A stretch of DNA of 47,972 bases, filler included, from an uncultured bacterium (GTDB taxonomy: Bacteria; CAYSBA01): assembly GCA_964429075.1 (NCBI GenBank). It is 18 parts of 18 records of this genome, joined end to end, with 100 filler letters (N's around TTAATTAATTAA, not from the genome) between each part and the next. Parts side by side here need not be neighbours in the genome. Positions count along the whole stretch, not along the records: positions 40,213 to 42,746 come from CAYSBA010000280.1; positions 42,847 to 45,360 come from CAYSBA010000281.1; positions 45,461 to 47,972 come from CAYSBA010000282.1; 15 more parts are not named here. The stretch is one strand, 5' to 3'. The notes below the pieces were generated by a model. That model searched no databases. It was not told where the DNA came from and saw nothing but the letters and a program-made list of their open reading frames with translations. Below are positions 41,544-47,972 of this stretch, piece by piece. Within the stretch, counting starts at the first letter, position 1, and the number at the start of each line of letters is the position of its first letter. Both the position numbers and the translations under genes were made by a program.

Positions 41544-42543
41544 CCATCCATAAGATTCTATAATCTTTTATTTTTTCATCTTGTAAAATTGAGATCTTTT
41601 TTATGAATTTTCTTTCAAGTAATTCTCGATTTTTTCTATTTATTCCAAAAATAAGCGGGATGTGTTCTTTTTTTGCATAGATCTTTTCAACCCTTTTTTC
41701 TGGCAGAGAGGATATTATCCTTCTGTATATCAATGTCTCTGCAAGGCTTTTTAGAGCAGGATGGTAAGGACCTGCAACCGGATTTCTGCCAGTTACAGGA
41801 AGTCCAACCCGTATAACCTTCACATCAGCATGGTTATAAAGGATCAGCAACTCGGAGACTCTCTTTACAGCATCATTCAGACTAAGTGGGATGTATTTAT
41901 TAGATTGATAGAGGTAAAAAAGTGGAGTATCTTTGAAGACATATAGAGGATATATCCTTACTGCATCAATACCAGCATTGATGAGCCTTTTTGCTGTATC
42001 GATCTCTTTATCAAAATTTGACCCGGGAAGACCGAGCATGGTTTGACCGACAACCTTTATTCCTTTTTGCTTCAGGTCATGGATCACTGAAATAGTCTGT
42101 GATGAGGTCTGACATCTACCAACACTGTTAAGTATACTGTCATCAAGGATTTGAACACCAAGTTCAACACAGCTAACATGATTGGAACTCAAATAATCGA
42201 TAAAGTTATTTCCCATTCCATCAGGGGCAGTTGATATCCTTACAGATGATACTTTCCCCATCTTTATTAGATCATTAGCCAGTTTGAAGAGCCTGTTTCT
42301 TATATTTTCTGGTAAAAAGCTAAATGTGCCTCCATAGAAGGCAATCTGATCATATTTTGATCTATAAGATAGATACTCATTTATCTGTCTTTTTACAGAA
42401 TCTATTATACCAGATTTTGACATATAGATGCCCGTTATGCTACTCTGATTACAGTAGATACAGCGGTATCTGCACCCCTGCATCGGTATAAAAACCGGTA
42501 ATATCTTATTTTTTTTACTAACTATCAATGCTGTCTTCATCAC
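41509..42543 (-). CDS. Radical SAM protein (Elp3/YhcC-like, rnc-adjacent family)
   Basis: CxxxCxxC (CRYRCIYC), FYGGTF, ELGVQ, RIYP and AGPYHPA motifs. Confidence 0.9.
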   Translation of the reverse strand: MMKTALIVSKKNKILPVFIPMQGCRYRCIYCNQSSITGIYMSKSGIIDSVKRQINEYLSYRSKYDQIAFYGGTFSFLPENIRNRLFKLANDLIKMGKVSSVRISTAPDGMGNNFIDYLSSNHVSCVELGVQILDDSILNSVGRCQTSSQTISVIHDLKQKGIKVVGQTMLGLPGSNFDKEIDTAKRLINAGIDAVRIYPLYVFKDTPLFYLYQSNKYIPLSLNDAVKRVSELLILYNHADVKVIRVGLPVTGRNPVAGPYHPALKSLAETLIYRRIISSLPEKRVEKIYAKKEHIPLIFGINRKNRELLERKFIKKISILQDEKIKDYRILWMDDEGKCHHSGL

Positions 42544-42745
42544 ATATGATCTGTTTTAACATCTCTGTTGCAGCTTCCTTACACGCATCTTTTTTTGTGC
42601 GACCTTTACCTTTTGCTGTTCTGTTTTCCTCTCTTATTTTAACTTCTACAACATAAAGGGATCTGTGGTCAGGACCCTGTTTGTTAATAATCTTATATTC
42701 TGGTGGTCTACCATATTTTGCCTGTGTGTATTGTTGTAATCTCCC
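42518..42745 (-). CDS. rnc: Ribonuclease III C-terminal dsRNA-binding domain, 5'-truncated
   Basis: Manual translation RLQQYTQ...PEY....GPDH...GKGRTKKDACKEAA. Not in the ORF track. Confidence 0.85.
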   Translation of the reverse strand, partial: GRLQQYTQAKYGRPPEYKIINKQGPDHRSLYVVEVKIREENRTAKGKGRTKKDACKEAATEMLKQIICDEDSIDS

Positions 42746-42846
42746 TNNNNNNNNNNNNNNNNNNNNNNNNNNNNNNNNNNNNNNNNNNNNTTAATTAATT
42801 AANNNNNNNNNNNNNNNNNNNNNNNNNNNNNNNNNNNNNNNNNNNN

Positions 42847-44254
42847 AAATTAGCCCGCCTCCTATAATAAAGATAGCACACAGGGTTATACCAAATGGAG
42901 CACTTACGCCTTCTGGTAGTATCTCTGTATCCTTTTCACCCTTCATATACATATAAACAACCACTCTTATATAATAGAAGACACCTATTAAACTTGCAAT
43001 TATGGCAAGGAGAGTAAGCCACACAAAACCACTTTTAAGACTAAGAACAAAAAGATACAGCTTTGCAAAAAAACCTGCAAAGGGTGGAAGTCCTGCCAGA
43101 GAAAACAAAAAGATTGAGAAAGATGCACTGAGTAATCCTGAAGATTTTCCAATGCCCTGTAGATCTTCAAGGGTTGGATTTCTTGCTTCTTTGGCCTCAA
43201 GTAGTGAAATAGCGCCAAAACTGCCAATGTTCATCAGGGTATAGATTAAAAGATAGTAAAGCATTGTCTGGGGTATCAAAACAGTACCTACAAACGTACA
43301 GATCAAGGCTATCATGAGGTAACCTGAGTGAGCTATACTAGAATAGGCAAGCATCCTTTTTATACTTTTTTGTGCAAGCGCTCCAAGGTTTCCTGCAAAC
43401 ATCGTTAAGATTGCAACAAGATATAGTATCTGAAAGATATTGTTTCTATATTCACTGAGGTTTATTCTTGCAATGGTTATTAATCTATAAAGTGATACAA
43501 AGAAGGCAATCTTAATTCCTGTTGCCATAAACCCTGTAATTGGTGTAGGTGCACCCTCATACACATCTGGCGTCCAGAAATAGAATGGGAATGCAGATAA
43601 CTTGAAGAAAAAGCCAATAAAAAGTAGCAACAGGCCCACATTAATTATATCAAATCCAAAACTATTGTATATAAATTTTGTTAGATCGTAAAAAAGGGTG
43701 CTCCCTGTTGCACCATAGATCAAGGTAATACCAAAAAGCATAAAGGCAGAAATAAAGCTACCAGCAAGAAAATATTTTATTGCAGCTTCACCAGATAAAA
43801 GATCTCTACGATGAAGAAAACACATAGCGTAAAGTGCAATTGATGCCATCTCAAGACTGATAAATAGAATCAAAAGGTCAGTAGAAAGTGTTACAAGGAT
43901 CATACCTGAAAGTGAAAGGAGTAAAAGTGCATAGAATTCAGGAAATTCTTCATCAAACCTTTTAAAATATGAATTAGAAAAAAGAACCGTCAGGACTGCA
44001 GAAAGGATTAAAATCAGGGATGCAAAAAAGTTTACCCTATCGATCCATAACCTGTTCAAAAAAAGATTCTGGGTCCCACCATTCCACATAAGATACAGAG
44101 TTATGCCACAAAGTATGAGGATAAAGAGGGTCAGTTTTGAGAAAAAATCTTTTGTCCCTTTTGAAAATGCAGCAAAAAGACCGATCCCAAGAGCAGATAC
44201 AACCAGAATTAATACCGGCATCATATAAAAAATGTCTGCTATACTAAGGTTCAT
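42847..44254 (-). CDS. nuoN: NADH-quinone oxidoreductase subunit N (copy 2), 3'-truncated
   Basis: EAAIKYF, WTPDVYEGAP, KRMLAYSSIAH and GLPPFAGF motifs. Confidence 0.94.
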
Positions 44255-45360
44255 AGGGCATCCTCAAACTGTGATTGTCGAGCCTGGCCTCTCTAACGGC
44301 ACGTGATGCATTAATTTCAGCAATTATACTCCTTGTAGATGGCTCTATTCTGTTCAAAAAATATCCAGGGAAGAGGCCCATTACTACGACAAGGACTAAA
44401 ATTGGAAAAAGATATATAAACTCACGGGTTGTAATATCTTTCAACTGCCTGCAGGATTCTTTTAATTTACCAAACAAGACACGTTCAATTAACCATAAAA
44501 GATAGATTGCAGCAAGTATAAGGGCTGTCGCAGATACAGCAGCAAACAGCTTGCCATAGATCAACTGTTTGGAGGTAAACGATCCTGCAAGTGTCAGAAA
44601 TTCGCCAATAAATCCTGAAAGACCGGGGAGACCTATAGAAGCCAAAGAGATCAAGACAAAAAAGAAAGAAAACCACGGAACTACGCTGGCTATACCCCCA
44701 TACTTTGCTATCTCTCGTGTATGCATCCTTTCGTAGATTATACCTACCATCAGGAATAAACCACCTGTTGAAAGACCATGAGCAATCATATAATAAACAG
44801 CTCCTGCAAATCCCGTCGGATCAAGTGATGCAATACCCAACATCACAAAACCAAGATGGCTGATACTGGTATAGGCAATCAACCGTTTCATATCGGGCTG
44901 AACAATAGCAACAAGTGCAGCATACACAATTCCTAAGGTAGCGAGGATTGCAATAACAGGTAAGAATGTTATTGTTGCCTCTGGAAAAAAAGGCAATGCA
45001 AAACGGATAAAACCATAGGTACCCATTTTTAATAACACACCAGCAAGGATAACACTCCCTGCTGTAGGTGCCTCTGTATGAGCATCGGGCAACCATGTAT
45101 GGAGTGGAACCATAGGTACCTTTATTGCAAAAGAGAGAGCAAATGCAGAAAATAGGATTATCTGTTCTTTATAAGAGAGTGCGATATCTTTAAAGGTTTG
45201 ATAATCGAAGTCTGAAGAACCGGACTTTACATACATATAGATAATAGCAACGAGCATAAGGATGCTACCTGCCATAGTAAAGATAAAAAACTTATATGTA
45301 GCATATATCCTCTTTTTACCGCCCCAAACACCTATTATGAAATACATGGGAATCAACATA
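44244..45360 (-). CDS. nuoM: NADH-quinone oxidoreductase subunit M (copy 2), 5'-truncated
   Basis: LIPMYFIIG, HTWLPDAHTEAP, LKMGTYG and GLPGLSGFIGEF motifs. Confidence 0.95.
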
Positions 45361-45461
45361 NNNNNNNNNNNNNNNNNNNNNNNNNNNNNNNNNNNNNNNN
45401 NNNNTTAATTAATTAANNNNNNNNNNNNNNNNNNNNNNNNNNNNNNNNNNNNNNNNNNNNG

Positions 45462-46385
45462 ACAGATATTCTGAATTATGGCGAGAAAATATTTATAAAA
45501 TTTTTAGATAAATATAATGGATTCACCGGTAAATCTTCTGTTAAGATACATGATGATGGTTTTAACAATGGGCCCTTTTTTCTAAAACTTTTTGCAAAAA
45601 TTGAATCAGAAAGGCTATTGCTTGATTTTAATGGCACCTCACAGCAGGCAGAAGGACCGATTAATACCACACCAGCTGTTGTTCACGCATGTATCTTTTT
45701 CTTCCTGAACTCTCTGGGTATAATGAATTTTCCACCAAATGGAGGTGTATTCAGAAGAATAGATATCAGAATTCCATATAAGACCATACTGAACCCAGAA
45801 AAACCTGCAAGCATCTGTGCTGGCAGTGTTGAGACATCGCAAAGATTGATTGATCTTTTTATGGAGACCTTCAGGGGGCTTTCTGGTGTAAAGATACCCG
45901 CACACTCTCAAGGCACTATGAACAATATACTAATAGGAAACAATTCATTCTCCTACTATGAGACAATTGGTGGTGGGGCAGGCGCAGATAGCATAAAAGA
46001 TGGTGCTTCAGCTGTACACACCTATATGACAAATACACTAAACACCCCCTGCGAGATCGTTGAAGAAATCTTTCCAATAAGGATAAATAGATACAAAATA
46101 ATTCCATGCTCCGGAGGAGATGGTGAAAAAAGGGGGGGAGATGGTATCCTCAGGGAATATGAATTCCTACAAGACTGCAACTTAACAATTCTATCAGGTA
46201 TGAGGTCTGAGGGTCCATTTGGTGCTATGGGTGGTTGTTCGGGTTCCTGTGGCAGGAACATCCTTGTAAAAAAAGATGGTAAAAAGATAATTCTACCAGA
46301 AAAAGTAAGTATAAAGGTAAAAAAGGGTGAAAGATTTATTATAAAAACACCAGGTGGGGGTGGTTACGGTAAAAAGAGGGATTAG
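45462..46385 (+). CDS. Hydantoinase B / oxoprolinase family protein, 5'-truncated
   Basis: DF.GTS, ETSQR, SQGTMNN, YYETIGGG.GA, MTNT.NTP and TPGGGGYG motifs. Confidence 0.92.
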   Translation, partial: TDILNYGEKIFIKFLDKYNGFTGKSSVKIHDDGFNNGPFFLKLFAKIESERLLLDFNGTSQQAEGPINTTPAVVHACIFFFLNSLGIMNFPPNGGVFRRIDIRIPYKTILNPEKPASICAGSVETSQRLIDLFMETFRGLSGVKIPAHSQGTMNNILIGNNSFSYYETIGGGAGADSIKDGASAVHTYMTNTLNTPCEIVEEIFPIRINRYKIIPCSGGDGEKRGGDGILREYEFLQDCNLTILSGMRSEGPFGAMGGCSGSCGRNILVKKDGKKIILPEKVSIKVKKGERFIIKTPGGGGYGKKRD

Positions 46386-47593
46386 TTACCTCTCCTATTA
46401 GAAACCTCATACAACAAGACTTCGGCTAATTCTTTCTTATCCCATAGCTGAAGGTCCTTTATTATCCCATCTCTGCAAAGTATAGCCGCCCTGATCCTAT
46501 CACTTCCAAAACCGTGTTTGTTTGATGATACATCTGTAGCCACAAGTAGATCTACATCCTTTTTATTCAACTTTGCCATACCATTTTTTATTATATCTTC
46601 TGTCTGTGCACTAAATCCTACTACAAAGGTTTTTTTGTACAATCTTGTGAATTCAGCAAGGATATCCGGATTTGCCTCAAGCTCAAGTGGGCCTTGTAGA
46701 CTCTCTTTGGGGATCTTTGAATGTAGTCTCTGTTTTGGCCTGAAATCTGCCACAGCAGCGCACATTATAAGGATATCGATATCACTGATTGAAAATAGCC
46801 TCTCTTTCAATTCATCTGCAGTTGTAATTGTCTTATAGTCAACCCCCCAGGGGGGCCTTATATCAACAGGCCCGGAGATTAGCGTGACATCTGCTCCAAG
46901 ATATCTTGCAACCTCAGCAATGAAAAACCCCATCCTTCCAGAAGAACGGTTAGATATGAAACGTACAGGATCTATGAATTCTCTTGTTGGTCCTGCAGTC
47001 ACAACTACCCTTTTGTTTTTTAATGGTTTTGGGTAAAGAGCAAAGTTTACTGCAGCAAGTATATCATTGATATCAGAAAGCCTCCCGGTGTCATCTTCTC
47101 CACATGCAAGTGGGCCAGAATCGGGACCTACAACCACAAAATTATCCCCCAGGATCATCCTGAGGGAGTTTAGGTTTCTCTGGGTTATAGGATGGGTAAA
47201 CATCTTTCCATTCATAGCTGGTGCAACAACAACAGGACCACGAAATCTCAAAAAGATCTGCGTCAAAAGATTATCACATACACCAGAATTAAATTTTGCC
47301 AGGGTGTTTGCAGTGGCAGGTGCAACGAGCAAAAGATCAGACCATGAACCAAGATCGATATGTAAAAATGGGCTTTTTGCTACATCTCTGTCAGTATAGC
47401 ATCCATCTGAAAGGGATTCAAAAGTAAGTGAAGTAACAAACTCAAGAGCCGATTTAGTTGGTACAACCTTAACATGGTGGCTCTCTTTTTTGAGTGCCCT
47501 TATCAGTTCACAGGCCCTGTATAATGCAATACTTCCTGTTACACCACACAGGATATTAGCGCCTTTTACCCTTTTTTCTCCTTTTTGTTCCAC
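46382..47593 (-). CDS. coaBC: Bifunctional phosphopantothenoylcysteine decarboxylase/ligase
   Basis: GVTGSIA, APATAN, PAMN, LACG, TAGPTRE.IDPVRFISNRSSG and AAVADF motifs. Confidence 0.96.
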   Translation of the reverse strand: MEQKGEKRVKGANILCGVTGSIALYRACELIRALKKESHHVKVVPTKSALEFVTSLTFESLSDGCYTDRDVAKSPFLHIDLGSWSDLLLVAPATANTLAKFNSGVCDNLLTQIFLRFRGPVVVAPAMNGKMFTHPITQRNLNSLRMILGDNFVVVGPDSGPLACGEDDTGRLSDINDILAAVNFALYPKPLKNKRVVVTAGPTREFIDPVRFISNRSSGRMGFFIAEVARYLGADVTLISGPVDIRPPWGVDYKTITTADELKERLFSISDIDILIMCAAVADFRPKQRLHSKIPKESLQGPLELEANPDILAEFTRLYKKTFVVGFSAQTEDIIKNGMAKLNKKDVDLLVATDVSSNKHGFGSDRIRAAILCRDGIIKDLQLWDKKELAEVLLYEVSNRRGN

Positions 47594-47972
47594 CTCTTCT
47601 TTCCTTTTTTAACTTCTTGATCATGGATTTTGCATCCTTTACAAAAGGTGACCTTTTGTAGTTATCAATTAACTCTGTAAAAAAGGTCTTTGCATCAGAA
47701 TACAACTTCAGTTTATAAAGGCACATTCCTATTCTGAATATTGCATCGTCTCGATAGGGGCTCTTTTTGTATTTATCAAAGATCGGCCTGTAATGCATGA
47801 TTGCCTTGGCATACTGCTGTCTTTTGTAGTAGATTTCTCCTAAATGAAAGTAGATCTTATCGATAAACTTACTCTTTGGCCATCTCTTCAAAAAGATCTT
47901 AAGTAGATCTTCAGATTTCTTTAACTCGCCAACCATATATTTTTTTAATGCAAGATCAATTAACTCTTTTTC
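47556..47972 (-). CDS. TPR protein (YbgF/CpoB- or BamD-like), 5'-truncated
   Basis: Repeats such as WPKSKF...YFHLGEIYY and YKKSPYRDDAIFRIG. Frame is open to the window end. Confidence 0.75.
   Translation of the reverse strand, partial: EKELIDLALKKYMVGELKKSEDLLKIFLKRWPKSKFIDKIYFHLGEIYYKRQQYAKAIMHYRPIFDKYKKSPYRDDAIFRIGMCLYKLKLYSDAKTFFTELIDNYKRSPFVKDAKSMIKKLKKERRGGTKRRKKGKRR

Noticed and set aside
2637..45460. Regularly spaced TTAATTAATTAA repeats as a CRISPR or repeat system
   Set aside because: They are always centred in 88 Ns. This is a synthetic six-frame-stop linker.
2262..47399. Numerous 60-140 aa antisense or alternate-frame ORFs
   Set aside because: They lie inside well-supported genes and have no recognisable motifs (shadow ORFs).

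Overview
This window is not a contiguous locus. It is 18 short contigs (about 2.5-2.6 kb, in decreasing length order) joined by an artificial 100-bp spacer (N44-TTAATTAATTAA-N44). That layout looks like the tail of a size-sorted draft or metagenome-assembled genome, so gene neighbourhoods are meaningful only within a contig. The DNA is AT-rich and from a Gram-negative bacterium. Most genes are housekeeping: lpxB, alaS, yajC-secD-secF, alr, tRNA Thr-Tyr-Gly, hemB-hemL, nrdJ, a BamA-type protein, gltX, nrnA-truB, pnp, rnc, coaBC and two nuoM-nuoN pairs. Several contigs carry genes typical of Myxococcota despite the low GC: a TIGR04563-type small protein, a giant TPR protein, a zinc-ribbon/kinase-like/FGE protein, an OmpA-domain protein and an alkyl-DHAP-synthase-like flavoprotein. 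The best leads are: a MoaD/ThiS-MoeB-cysteine synthase operon whose sulfur carrier has a masked Gly-Gly-Leu end; an apparent -1 frameshift in the giant TPR gene; a 12-heme cytochrome c; a degenerate kinase-FGE fusion; and a palindromic operator before a metal-uptake locus. I see no CRISPR array, mobile element or convincing new multi-gene system.
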